Assembly: GCA_905187695.1 (NCBI GenBank)
Contig: CAJJIY010000001.1
Span: 6,831 to 70,830 of the forward strand
Direction of reading: 5' to 3'
DNA: 64,000 nucleotides
From: an uncultured Eubacteriales bacterium
GTDB taxonomy: Bacteria > Bacillota > Clostridia > Oscillospirales > CAG-272
The translations under genes and the position numbers were made by a program. Shown here piece by piece: positions 1 through 8,908 of this stretch (positions within the stretch are counted from its first letter, which is position 1; each line of letters starts with the position of its first letter). The notes beneath the pieces were generated by a model that saw only the letters and a program-made list of their open reading frames with translations, ran no database searches and was not told the origin of the DNA.

Positions 1-1149
1 GGAATAGACCTGCTGTCCCAATCCTTTGAGCATAGCGTCTGTGGCGGTATCCAGGTACATGACCGGAATGAGCGGAGCCAGATGACAGATGTAGATTCCT
101 ACGGACGCGTCTTTATATAATGTCTGTCCGAGTTCTCTGGAAAGGAACAGCATGATGCCGGAAACGCCGATGGCAAAAAGCAGGCTCATCTGATAGACCC
201 GTCCGGTGATATAGGAGATCTCGCGCCGGTTGGAACGGGCCTCTTCCGCCGTTACTTCCGGGATGAGCAATGAGGCAAAGGAAGAAAGAATGGCCGCCGG
301 ATAGAGCACCACGGGCAGCGCCATGCCGTGAAGCGCACCATAGGCCGAAAGAGCCTCTGCATTTCCGGAACCATGGCGCATAAGACCCATTTTTATTAAA
401 ATATGTTCTATTGATATTAAACCTGACCGCGCATATGCACTGATGGCAACCGGCATCGCAATGGCGGCCACGCCTACTTTTCCGCCCCGGAGATTGGTTG
501 CGCTCTTGTGTTTTTTTCGGTCTGTCCGATAAAGGATCAGGTTCAGCAGCAAAGAAAAACTTTCGCTGACAGCGCCGCCGAGCAAAATAACAAAGACATT
601 GCCTTCCACACTTTGGGGCAGAAAAAAGGAAAGCAGAAAAACCGTCAGCGTAATTTTCAGCGCCTGTTCCGCAACCTGTGCCAGAGCGTTTTTATAGGCG
701 CGGCGCACCGCAATGAAATAACCGTTGAGGACCGATGTCAGCGCAATGGGCAGGAGCGTAACGCTCATCATCCGGAGTGCCCGGACGGTTCGTGCGTCCC
801 GAAGCGCATAATGCCCCAGCACAGGGGCCAGAAGGAAAAGAAGCGCGGTCGCGAGCGTCCCGAAGAAAAGTGCGTAAAAAAGGCAGGCGCGCAAACACTG
901 TCCCGTGCCCGCGCCGCCGTTTTTTTCTTCGCTTTGAGCCACCGTGCGTACCGTTGCCAGATGAATGCCGGAAGTGGCCAGCGTTACCGCAAAGCCGTAT
1001 ACGCCGCCGATGAGAGACAAAAGCCCCATGGCTTCCGCGCCGGCGCGTCCGGCCAGGTAGACCTGAAAGGTCACGCCAACCGTCCGCATGAAAAGGGCAA
1101 CCGCAGTCAGCAAAAGCGCGTTCAGAAAAAATTTCCGTTTGTTTTTCAT
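1..1149 (-). CDS. spoVB: SpoVB-like MOP-superfamily flippase (stage V sporulation protein B / MurJ type); C-terminus cut by window edge
   Basis: Absent from the ORF track because its stop lies outside the window. My reverse translation from ATG at 1149 gives MKNKRKFFLNALLLTAVALFMRTVGVTFQVYLAGRAGAEAMGLLSLIGGVYGF... I checked the frame and it has no stop down to position 1 (383 codons). The sequence is continuously polytopic and hydrophobic. The + strand ORF 508..1218 is a low-complexity shadow. Confidence 0.7.
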   Translation of the reverse strand, partial: MKNKRKFFLNALLLTAVALFMRTVGVTFQVYLAGRAGAEAMGLLSLIGGVYGFAVTLATSGIHLATVRTVAQSEEKNGGAGTGQCLRACLFYALFFGTLATALLFLLAPVLGHYALRDARTVRALRMMSVTLLPIALTSVLNGYFIAVRRAYKNALAQVAEQALKITLTVFLLSFFLPQSVEGNVFVILLGGAVSESFSLLLNLILYRTDRKKHKSATNLRGGKVGVAAIAMPVAISAYARSGLISIEHILIKMGLMRHGSGNAEALSAYGALHGMALPVVLYPAAILSSFASLLIPEVTAEEARSNRREISYITGRVYQMSLLFAIGVSGIMLFLSRELGQTLYKDASVGIYICHLAPLIPVMYLDTATDAMLKGLGQQVYS

Positions 1150-1205
1150 AACTTCACCTCGGGAAAATTTATTCCGCATTCGTCTTTCTTATACACGGAT
1201 TGCTC

Positions 1206-1234
1206 TTTACAAATCTGAAAAAATATGTTAAAAT
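1206..1234 (+). promoter_or_regulatory. sigma-A type promoter for the cytidylate-kinase-like gene
   Basis: TTTACA (1206-1211), a 17-nt spacer, then TAAAAT (1229-1234). Confidence 0.55.
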
Positions 1235-1319
1235 ATTATTGAATCCGGTGCTGTCTCTTGAAAAGCAGAGAATCGGAGCGCGCGTCGGACTCTCTATGAT
1301 CAGGAAAGGGGATTTTGAA

Positions 1320-1982
1320 ATGGCAAACTATCTTTCTATCACCATTGGTCGTCAGTTCGGCAGCGGCGGGCGCGAGATCGGCGAGCGTGTCGGAAAACTG
1401 CTGGGTTTCCGCGTTTACGACAAAGAGTTGCTTCTTTTGGCCGCAAAGAAAAACGGCGTCAACCCCGATTATCTGCGGCGCGTGGATGAAAAAGCCACCA
1501 ACAGCCTGCTTTATACGCTGGCCATGGGCACCTCCATTTACGGCGCGCGCCATTTCGGTATGGATGTGCCAATCAACGATCAGCTCTTTATCACCCAGAC
1601 CGAGATCATTAAAAATGCGGCCGAGGAAGGCCCCTCCGTATTCATCGGCCGTTGCGCCGACTATGTGCTTCGTAACCACGAACATCGTCTGAGCATTTTC
1701 ATTCACGCAGACCGTGAATGCCGCATTGCCCGGATTTCCAAGCGGCACGAGATCGGCCGTGAGGAAGCAATTGACCTTATGAACAAGACCGACAAAAAAA
1801 GAGTAAACTATTATAATTTTTACACCGGCAAAAAATGGGGCAACTATGAAAACTATCATTTGTCCCTTAACAGTTCGCTTCTGGGAATTGAAGGGACGGC
1901 CGATATGATCGCACAGGCCGCGAAAATTTATCTGAAAGAGTATCCGGAGTGCGAAATGCCGGACGCCGGAAAAGAAAAATAA
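1320..1982 (+). CDS. cytidylate kinase-like family protein
   Basis: ORF 1200..1982 trimmed to ATG 1320 behind an AGGAAAGGGG SD. MANYLSITIGRQFGSGGREIGERVGKLLGFRVYDKELL matches the N-terminal pattern of the cytidylate-kinase-like family. Confidence 0.8.
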   Translation: MANYLSITIGRQFGSGGREIGERVGKLLGFRVYDKELLLLAAKKNGVNPDYLRRVDEKATNSLLYTLAMGTSIYGARHFGMDVPINDQLFITQTEIIKNAAEEGPSVFIGRCADYVLRNHEHRLSIFIHADRECRIARISKRHEIGREEAIDLMNKTDKKRVNYYNFYTGKKWGNYENYHLSLNSSLLGIEGTADMIAQAAKIYLKEYPECEMPDAGKEK

Positions 1983-2000
1983 AAAAAGTGAAAAAAACTC

Positions 2001-2029
2001 TTGACAATCCGCCCGCTACTGATTATGAT
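2001..2029 (+). promoter_or_regulatory. sigma-A type promoter for rubredoxin
   Basis: TTGACA (2001-2006), a 17-nt spacer, then TATGAT (2024-2029). Confidence 0.6.
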
Positions 2030-2175
2030 ATAGTAAGTAAAAACGCACCTCCCAAAAACGGGCGCGTTTTCGGGTAATTTCCCGAAGGGGAGAAACACAC
2101 CGCAAACGGCGGAATCTCCCTGATGTGCGATTTGCACTTTACTCGACATTTAAGAGCGAGGAGGAGAGCTTTCGG

Positions 2176-2358
2176 ATGGCTGTTTATGTGTGCGAACTGT
2201 GCGGATATGAATATGATCCGCGCGTTGGCGATCCCGAAAACGGGATTGAGCCGGGAACCGAATTTGAAGATCTGCCGGAAGATTATGTCTGCCCTTTGTG
2301 CGGCGCTTCCAAAGAAGATTTTGAAAAGCAGATCACGGGCGACACCGAAGAGGAATAA
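2176..2358 (+). CDS. rubredoxin
   Basis: ORF 2125..2358 trimmed to ATG 2176 behind GAGGAGGAG. Two Cys knuckles, [12 protein letters not shown] and [14 protein letters not shown], are diagnostic of rubredoxin. Confidence 0.92.
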   Translation: MAVYVCELCGYEYDPRVGDPENGIEPGTEFEDLPEDYVCPLCGASKEDFEKQITGDTEEE

Positions 2359-2365
2359 TAAAAGG

Positions 2366-2400
2366 GAAAAGGCGGCATGGCTCCGCCTTTTCTTTATGCT
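2366..2400 (+). terminator. intrinsic terminator after rubredoxin
   Basis: GAAAAGGCGG, a 7-nt loop, CCGCCTTTTC, then a T-rich tail. Confidence 0.75.
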
Positions 2401-2438
2401 TTTTTTGGCATGCTTTTATACAAATATTCATTTTTGCC

Positions 2439-2467
2439 TTGACAAACGCGCGCGGGTTAGATATAAT
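2439..2467 (+). promoter_or_regulatory. consensus sigma-A promoter for the nusB operon
   Basis: TTGACA (2439-2444), a 17-nt spacer, then TATAAT (2462-2467). Confidence 0.7.
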
Positions 2468-2499
2468 ATTTATAATTTATATAAGGAAAAGGAAGACTC

Positions 2500-2991
2500 A
2501 TGTCACTCAGCAGAAGAGAAGCCCGCGAGGCGGTTTTCGGTTTGCTCTTTGAGACCGAATTTAAAAAAGAGGAAGACCCCAAAGAAATTTTTGCCATTTC
2601 CTGCGATGACCGCGAGATCGGGCAGGACGATTATATCAAAAATGCCTATTTCGGCGTTTGTGAAAACCTCGGCACGATCGATGCACTTATCAATCGGCAC
2701 TCCAACGGCTGGGAGACTACCCGGATTTCAAGGGTCTCGCGTTCCATTCTGCGTCTGTCCGTTTATGAAATGCTGTTTCTCCCGGATATTCCGCACAGCG
2801 TTTCCATGAATGAAGCGGTGGAACTCTGCAAAAAGTATGATGAAGAAAGTGCCCGTCCTTTTGTAAACGGTGTGCTCAACGCCGTGAAGGAAGAACTTGA
2901 AAGCAAAGAAAAGGGAACCGAAGAGCCCCGGATGGCTTTTGAAGATCCGGAAAAAACAAAGACTCCGGCCGGGACCGATGATGAAAACTGA
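2500..2991 (+). CDS. nusB: transcription antitermination factor NusB
   Basis: MSLSRREAREAVFGLLFETEF... and RISRVSRSILRLSVYEMLF are typical of NusB. It carries an extra acidic C-terminal tail of about 30 aa. It sits upstream of xseA/xseB as in other Firmicutes. Confidence 0.9.
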   Translation: MSLSRREAREAVFGLLFETEFKKEEDPKEIFAISCDDREIGQDDYIKNAYFGVCENLGTIDALINRHSNGWETTRISRVSRSILRLSVYEMLFLPDIPHSVSMNEAVELCKKYDEESARPFVNGVLNAVKEELESKEKGTEEPRMAFEDPEKTKTPAGTDDEN

Positions 2992-3937
2992 CTGCTTTCT
3001 TGGCGTTGACACCAGCAATTATACCACCTCGCTGGCCGCGGCCGATCCGGAAGGCCGGGTCATTTTCAATCTGAAAGCGCCGCTTCCCGTTCGTGCGGGC
3101 GCGTGCGGTCTCCGGCAAAGCGACGCGGTTTTTGCTCATGTGAAAAATCTGCCGGCGCTTTTCCGGCGCGCAGGAGAGATTTTGGGTGATCGTTTCCGGG
3201 TGACTGCCGTGGGCGTTTCCACGCGTCCCCGTCCGCTTGCGGATTCCTACATGCCCTGTTTTCTTTCCGGCATGGCCGCTGCCGAGAGTTTTGCCGTGGG
3301 CGCGGGTGTGCGGGTGTTGCCGTTTTCCCATCAGGAAGGGCATATCCGCGCGGCCGTTTATTCGGCCGGCGGCCCCGATCTTTTGGCACCTTTCGGTGCT
3401 TTTCATGTTTCGGGCGGAACTACCGATCTTTTGCTTGTCTCTCCGGCGGCCACCGGATTTTCGCTTTCGGAAGAAGGCACTTCGGATGATCTTCACGCGG
3501 GGCAGGCGGTGGACCGGATCGGCGTGATGCTGGGATTGCCGTTCCCGGCCGGACCTGCGTTGGAAAAACTTGCCGCTGAAAATCAAAAACCCGTTCCGCA
3601 TGCCCGTGTGTGCGTCCGGGAGGGGCGTTGCCATCTGTCCGGCCTTCAGAATCTTGCCGAAAAGCTCTATGCGCAAAGCAATGATCCTGCGTTGGTGGCG
3701 GCGTTTGCGTTGCATTTTCTTTCGGATACGCTGTTTGAAATGGCCACAGACTTCCGGGCGTGGCATGGTGCAATCCCGCTGCTGTTTGCCGGTGGGGTGA
3801 TGAGCAACCGCCTTATTGCCGCAGAGCTGACCGCCCGCCTGTCGCCGGATGTTTTCTTTGCCGCGCCGGAATTCAGCGCCGATAATGCGGCCGGCATTGC
3901 GCTTCTTTGCCGTGACGCCGCGTTGGCAGGCCTGTAA
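2978..3937 (+). CDS. Kae1/TsaD-like (peptidase M22 / ASKHA fold) protein
   Basis: ORF 2897..3937 trimmed to ATG 2978, which overlaps the nusB end by 14 nt. Motifs: FLGVDTSNYTTS, HQEGHIRAA, FHVSGGTTDLL and FAGGVMSN, resembling the TsaD/Kae1 family. Confidence 0.72.
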   Translation: MMKTDCFLGVDTSNYTTSLAAADPEGRVIFNLKAPLPVRAGACGLRQSDAVFAHVKNLPALFRRAGEILGDRFRVTAVGVSTRPRPLADSYMPCFLSGMAAAESFAVGAGVRVLPFSHQEGHIRAAVYSAGGPDLLAPFGAFHVSGGTTDLLLVSPAATGFSLSEEGTSDDLHAGQAVDRIGVMLGLPFPAGPALEKLAAENQKPVPHARVCVREGRCHLSGLQNLAEKLYAQSNDPALVAAFALHFLSDTLFEMATDFRAWHGAIPLLFAGGVMSNRLIAAELTARLSPDVFFAAPEFSADNAAGIALLCRDAALAGL

Positions 3938-3960
3938 AAACAAATAAGGGAGGGGATTCT

Positions 3961-5196
3961 TTGAACGAAGCACTGACCGTGTCGCAATTGAACAATTATG
4001 TCAAGATGCTTCTGGATGGCGACCCTCTGCTTTCTAATCTGGTTGTCCGGGGCGAGATCTCTAATTTTACCAATCATGTCCGGAGCGGCCATTTCTATTT
4101 TTCTCTGAAAGACGAAAATGCGCGCGTACAGGCGGTGATGTTCCGCTCGGACGCGCAAAGAATGAAGTTCATGCCCGAAAACGGGATGAAGGTCATTTTG
4201 TGGGGGCGTATTTCACTGTTCCCGCGGGATGGGCAATATCAGATCTATGCCAGCGCCATGGAGCCGGACGGCCTTGGCGCACTGTACGCGGCGTTGGAGC
4301 AACTGAAAAAGAAGCTTGCGGATGAAGGGCTTTTTGATGAAGCGCGCAAGCGCCCGCTCCCGCCTTATCCCGAAAAAATCGGCATCATTACTTCTCCGGA
4401 AGGAGCGGCTGTACAGGATATGATACATATCCTCGGCCGTCGCTTCCCGGTGGCAAAGTTATATCTTTATCCGGCCTTGGTGCAGGGAAGCAACGCACCG
4501 GAAAGCCTCAGAAACGGGCTGGCATTTTTCAACGACTGTCACCCAGTGGATCTTATCCTTATCGGACGAGGCGGCGGTGCGCCGGAAGATTTGTGGGCGT
4601 TCAACGATGAACAACTGGTTCGCGCCGTGGCGGCCTCGCGTATTCCGGTAATTTCGGCGGTGGGGCATGAAAGCGACTATACGCTATGCGATTTTGCGGC
4701 CGATCTGCGCGCTTCCACGCCGTCTGCCGCGGCCGAACGTGCCGTCCCGGAAAAAGCGGAACTGCTCTCCCTGCTTTCCTCGCGCGAAAGACTGCTTTCT
4801 TCGTTGATCACAAACCGGATCGAGCGGGAAAGGGCGCGGCTTTCTGTACTGGCATCTTCCCGCTCGCTGCGCTCTCCCGTCAATTATCTGGAAGACCGGC
4901 GTATGGAGCTTTTGCATTTTGGAGACCGGATGAATGCGTGCGCCTCGGCCCGGGTAGACCGGAGTCGGCGGGAACTGGCGATGCTTTGCGCCCGGATGGA
5001 CGCATTGCATCCTTTGCGCGTACTTGCAAGAGGATATGCGGCGGTATACAGCGAAACCGGCAAACCGGTGGAAAGTGCCATGGCGCTTCGGCCCGGGGAG
5101 CGTGTAAAATTGCTTTTTGCAGATTCTTCGGCACAGGCCGAAATCAAGGACATCCGGAAAGGACAAAAATATGGCGGAGCGGAAACTGAAATTTGA
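3961..5196 (+). CDS. xseA: exodeoxyribonuclease VII large subunit
   Basis: TTG start behind GGGAGGGG. OB-fold N-terminus LTVSQLNNYVKMLLDGDPLLSNLVVRGEISNF; core GRGGGAPEDLWAFNDE and ISAVGHESD. Confidence 0.93.
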   Translation: MNEALTVSQLNNYVKMLLDGDPLLSNLVVRGEISNFTNHVRSGHFYFSLKDENARVQAVMFRSDAQRMKFMPENGMKVILWGRISLFPRDGQYQIYASAMEPDGLGALYAALEQLKKKLADEGLFDEARKRPLPPYPEKIGIITSPEGAAVQDMIHILGRRFPVAKLYLYPALVQGSNAPESLRNGLAFFNDCHPVDLILIGRGGGAPEDLWAFNDEQLVRAVAASRIPVISAVGHESDYTLCDFAADLRASTPSAAAERAVPEKAELLSLLSSRERLLSSLITNRIERERARLSVLASSRSLRSPVNYLEDRRMELLHFGDRMNACASARVDRSRRELAMLCARMDALHPLRVLARGYAAVYSETGKPVESAMALRPGERVKLLFADSSAQAEIKDIRKGQKYGGAETEI

Positions 5197-5386
5197 AGCG
5201 GCAATGGAGCGACTGAGCGAAGTCGTTTCCGAGCTGGAAGCCGGCAAGGTGGATCTGCAGACATCTCTCTCTCTTTATGAAGAGGGAATGAAGCTGGTTC
5301 GCGCCCTGTCGGATGAATTGGATAAAGCACAGGCGCGGATTGAAAAAGTCGGAGAGTCCGGTGCCGACAACGGAGAAAAAGCATGA
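5171..5386 (+). CDS. xseB: exodeoxyribonuclease VII small subunit
   Basis: ORF 5117..5386 trimmed to ATG 5171. FEAAMERLSEVVSELEAGKVDLQTSLSLYEEGMKLVRALSDELDKAQ is the canonical XseB pattern. It lies directly after xseA. Confidence 0.9.
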   Translation: MAERKLKFEAAMERLSEVVSELEAGKVDLQTSLSLYEEGMKLVRALSDELDKAQARIEKVGESGADNGEKA

Positions 5387-6270
5387 CGGTAAACGAAAGA
5401 CTTTTGTCCAATGCAACATTGGTAAACAATGCGCTTGAGGCGGCGCTTGCGGACGGGGATCCGGACTTTGAAGAAGAGCTGGCGGCTGAACGCTATGCGC
5501 TTCTTGCTCCGCGCGCCAAGCGTATCCGCCCCACACTGGTTCTGGAATGTGCGCGGATACTTGGCGGTCGGGATGAAGCCGCGTTGCCTTTTGCGGCGGC
5601 ACTGGAGATGATCCACACTTATTCTTTGATCCATGATGATCTGCCCGCTATGGATAACGATGATCTGCGCCGCGGCCGCCCGACCTGCCACAAAGCTTTC
5701 GGAGAGGCCACGGCGATCCTGGCAGGAGATGCGCTTTTGACCCGTGCTTTCGGTGTGGCCGCCGGCAATCCGGCCGTAACAAAGGAAAGCGCCCTGGCCG
5801 CCGTTTGCGCACTTTCACGGGCGGCCGGTCCGTTTGGCATGATCGGCGGACAGGTGATGGATCTTTCCGGCGAAAAAAAGAAATTGCCGCTCCCGTCGCT
5901 CCTCAAACTGCACGCCCATAAGACCGGCGCGCTCATGCGGGTCGGCGCAACGCTGGGAGCGCTTGCCGCCGGATATTTCCCGCAGGACAAAGAGACGCGG
6001 GCTCTTGAATCTTACGCCGAAAAAACCGGATTGGTTTTTCAGATTGTGGATGATATACTGGACGCAACCGAAAGCGCCGAAGAACTCGGAAAAAGCGCGG
6101 GGTCGGATGCCGAAAACGGCAAGACCACCTTCCTTTCCTACTACGAAACCGATACGGCGCTTCGTTATGCCCGCGAAGTAAGTGAAGACGCCAAACGCGA
6201 AATCAGGGAATTGCCGGGTTCTGCTTTCCTCCTTTCGCTGGCGGACAGTCTGCTTGACAGGAAGTTCTGA
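5383..6270 (+). CDS. ispA: farnesyl/geranyl diphosphate synthase (polyprenyl synthetase family)
   Basis: Both Asp-rich motifs are present: LIHDDLPAMDNDDLRRGRPTCH and FQIVDDILD. ATGA overlap with xseB. Confidence 0.9.
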   Translation: MTVNERLLSNATLVNNALEAALADGDPDFEEELAAERYALLAPRAKRIRPTLVLECARILGGRDEAALPFAAALEMIHTYSLIHDDLPAMDNDDLRRGRPTCHKAFGEATAILAGDALLTRAFGVAAGNPAVTKESALAAVCALSRAAGPFGMIGGQVMDLSGEKKKLPLPSLLKLHAHKTGALMRVGATLGALAAGYFPQDKETRALESYAEKTGLVFQIVDDILDATESAEELGKSAGSDAENGKTTFLSYYETDTALRYAREVSEDAKREIRELPGSAFLLSLADSLLDRKF

Positions 6271-6272
6271 AT

Positions 6273-6785
6273 ATGAGGATTCACATCAATATGTATCAGC
6301 TGAAAACTTACTTTCTGGATCTGATCACGAACCGGGTGCTCCTTTGCGCCATCATTGCCTGGATGACCGCTCAAATCATAAAGGTTTTTACCACCAGCAT
6401 CTACCGGAAAGAATTTTCCCTGCGTCAGCTGTTGGTCGGCAGCGGGGGAATGCCCAGTTCTCATTCGGCTGTGGTGATGGCCACGGCCATTTCCTGCGGA
6501 TTGCTTTACGGATTTGATACGCCGATCTTTGCGGTGGCCGCCGTGCTTGCGGTGGTCGTAATGCGGGATGCGGCCGGCGTCCGGCGCGAAGCGGGAAAAC
6601 AGGCCGCCATGATCAATCGTGTTTCACAGGAATTGAGCCGGACCCGCACCAATTTTGTCACCGACGTCTTGCAGGAACTATTGGGTCATACGCCGCTTCA
6701 GGTGCTTTTCGGCGCTTTACTTGGCGTGGCCATGGCATTCCTTTGCCAGTGCTGGCTCTTCAACCTTTTCCTCCCGGCGTCGTGA
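6273..6785 (+). CDS. divergent PAP2 family membrane protein (YuiD-like)
   Basis: GGMPSSHSAVV, MRDAAGVRREAGKQA and ELLGHTPLQVLFGALLG match the YuiD / acid-phosphatase-related family. Confidence 0.8.
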   Translation: MRIHINMYQLKTYFLDLITNRVLLCAIIAWMTAQIIKVFTTSIYRKEFSLRQLLVGSGGMPSSHSAVVMATAISCGLLYGFDTPIFAVAAVLAVVVMRDAAGVRREAGKQAAMINRVSQELSRTRTNFVTDVLQELLGHTPLQVLFGALLGVAMAFLCQCWLFNLFLPAS

Positions 6786-6786
6786 A

Positions 6787-7569
6787 ATGCGGTTGGATGT
6801 TTATATGGTCAGTGCCGGTCTGGCCGAGAGCCGGGAAAAAGCCCGGAAACTGATTCTGGCCGGGGCGGTTTTTGTGGACGGCCGGGTGGCCGAAAAAGCC
6901 TCAAAAGAAATTATCGGTGAAATGACGGTTATGCTGACCCGAAAGGAGCGTTTTGTCGGTCGCGGCGGGGAAAAACTTGCGGCGGCACTTGCTCTTTTCA
7001 AAATAGATCCGACCGGCCTGCGCGCGTTGGATATCGGTGCCTCAACAGGCGGCTTTACCGATTGCTTGCTGCAATCGGGCGCTTCCTTTGTGGTGGCGCT
7101 GGATGCCGGTAAAGGACAGCTTCATCCCAGGCTTTGCGCGGACGCGCGGGTTCGCTCTGTTGAGAAATACAACGCCCGGAACCTTTCTCCCGCAGATGTC
7201 GGAACTTTTGATCTTGTCGTCATGGATGTTTCTTTTATCTCTCAGACACTGATTCTGCCGCGGCTCTCTGCCTTGCTTTTGCCGGGCGGCCGCGTTGTCT
7301 CGCTGATCAAGCCGCAGTTTGAACTAAACAAAAATGCGCTTGGCAAAAACGGCATTGTACGGGATGAAAAAAATCTTTATGCGGCCGTTTCCCGTGTGCT
7401 TTCCTGTGCCGCCGCCACCGGGCTTGCCTGCCATGCGCTCGCTCCCTCTCCGATTTTGGGCGGTGACGGAAACCGGGAGTTTCTTGCGCTCTTTTGCCCC
7501 GGCACCGGCCGGGAATTTACGCCGGATGAATTGACCGGGGTTATTAACGGAAAGGCGGTGATTGTTTGA
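6787..7569 (+). CDS. tlyA: TlyA family rRNA (cytidine-2'-O)-methyltransferase
   Basis: ORF 6655..7569 trimmed to ATG 6787. S4 domain MRLDVYMVSAGLAESREKARKLILAGAVFVDG; SAM site DIGASTGGFTDCLLQ. Confidence 0.9.
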   Translation: MRLDVYMVSAGLAESREKARKLILAGAVFVDGRVAEKASKEIIGEMTVMLTRKERFVGRGGEKLAAALALFKIDPTGLRALDIGASTGGFTDCLLQSGASFVVALDAGKGQLHPRLCADARVRSVEKYNARNLSPADVGTFDLVVMDVSFISQTLILPRLSALLLPGGRVVSLIKPQFELNKNALGKNGIVRDEKNLYAAVSRVLSCAAATGLACHALAPSPILGGDGNREFLALFCPGTGREFTPDELTGVINGKAVIV

Positions 7570-8441
7570 AAAAAATCGCAGTCATCACAAATTACAATAT
7601 TTTTGAAAAATCCAAAATCGCACTGCGCGCGGCGCAGACGCTTTCCGATCTTGGCGGAGAGGTTGTTTTTCCGATCAATTACAAAGAAAAGATTCTTCGT
7701 GCCGGTAAAAAGCGCTATGATTGCAACTTTCTTTCTCCGGAAGAAATCTATGAGCAGTCGGATATCATTTTGGTGTTGGGGGGCGATGGCTCCATTCTGG
7801 ATGCCGCGCGTCATGCCGCACCGAAAGGGAAGCCGCTTTTGGGGATTAACATGGGGCACCTTGGTTATATGACCGAATTGGAACCCGGTGAACTGCCGCT
7901 GCTTTCCCGTTTGTTTACCGAAGAATATACCCTTGATGAGCGCGCCATGCTGGATGTAAAAATTCTTTCGACCGACGGCGCTGTGCGTGCTGAATCTTTT
8001 GCTCTGAACGACGCGGTAATCTCCAACGGTTCGGTGGCACGGATTGTGGATCTGGAACTGTTTGAAGGAAAGGAATCGGTCTCGTCTTATCGGGCGGACG
8101 GTATGATCATCGCAACGCCGACCGGTTCGACCGCCTATTCGCTCTCTGCCGGCGGCGCTTTAACAGATCCGCATCTTTGCTGTATCTGCGTCACGCCGAT
8201 CTGTCCGCATTCGCTTACTGCCCGTCCTGTCATTTTCCGGGACGATGCCGTGCTGGAAGTCAAAAACATCTGTCGTCGGGAAAAAATGCTGTATCTGACG
8301 CTGGACGGACGCATCAGCTTTGAACTTTATCGCGGCGAGCGTGTTCGTGTGACCCGTTCGGATATGAAAACCTCGTTGATCCGGCTCCGCAAGGGCGGTT
8401 TTTATGAAAAACTGAAAAAGAAAATGAAATCATTTGAGTGA
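7566..8441 (+). CDS. nadK: NAD kinase
   Basis: TTG start overlapping the tlyA stop. Motifs LGGDGSILDAAR and ATPTGSTAYSLSAGG. Confidence 0.92.
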   Translation: MKKIAVITNYNIFEKSKIALRAAQTLSDLGGEVVFPINYKEKILRAGKKRYDCNFLSPEEIYEQSDIILVLGGDGSILDAARHAAPKGKPLLGINMGHLGYMTELEPGELPLLSRLFTEEYTLDERAMLDVKILSTDGAVRAESFALNDAVISNGSVARIVDLELFEGKESVSSYRADGMIIATPTGSTAYSLSAGGALTDPHLCCICVTPICPHSLTARPVIFRDDAVLEVKNICRREKMLYLTLDGRISFELYRGERVRVTRSDMKTSLIRLRKGGFYEKLKKKMKSFE

Positions 8442-8449
8442 GGGAAAAC

Positions 8450-8905
8450 ATGAAGGTCAACAGACAAAGAAAAATATTGGAACTTGTCAATCGGTATTCA
8501 ATCGAAACGCAGGACGATCTGATCGATCGCCTGATGACCGAGGGCTATGCCGTCACGCAGGCAACGATTTCCCGTGACATCCGCGAACTGCAACTGACCA
8601 AGGTTCTCACCGGAAAAGGGACTTACCGTTATGTGGCCGCGCGGAAGGAAGAGGGCAATACGGGGCTCCATTTCAATAGTGCGCTGATTGAATCGCTTAT
8701 GAGCGTGGAGTATGCCGGAAATATCATTGTCATCAAAACTTTTCCGGGTCTGGCCAATGCAGTGGCGGCCGGCATTGACCAACTTTCCATTGCCGAGGTG
8801 CTTGGATGTGTGGCCGGAGACGACACAATCATGGTGGTTACCCGAAACGAGGCGGCCGCTAAACTGATTCGTGAGCGCATCAGCGTGATGGTCAAGAAGG
8901 GATAA
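8450..8905 (+). CDS. argR: arginine repressor
   Basis: ORF 8438..8905; ATG 8450 has better SD spacing. Winged helix RQRKILELVNRYSIETQDDLIDRLMTEGYAVTQATISRDIREL; C-terminal GCVAGDDTIMVV. Confidence 0.92.
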   Translation: MKVNRQRKILELVNRYSIETQDDLIDRLMTEGYAVTQATISRDIRELQLTKVLTGKGTYRYVAARKEEGNTGLHFNSALIESLMSVEYAGNIIVIKTFPGLANAVAAGIDQLSIAEVLGCVAGDDTIMVVTRNEAAAKLIRERISVMVKKG

Positions 8906-8908
8906 AAA

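Noticed and set aside
508-1218. 236-aa + strand ORF at the left edge.
   Set aside because: The translation is Q/K/R-rich low complexity. The opposite strand encodes an uninterrupted SpoVB-like membrane protein (1..1149) with a proper start context.
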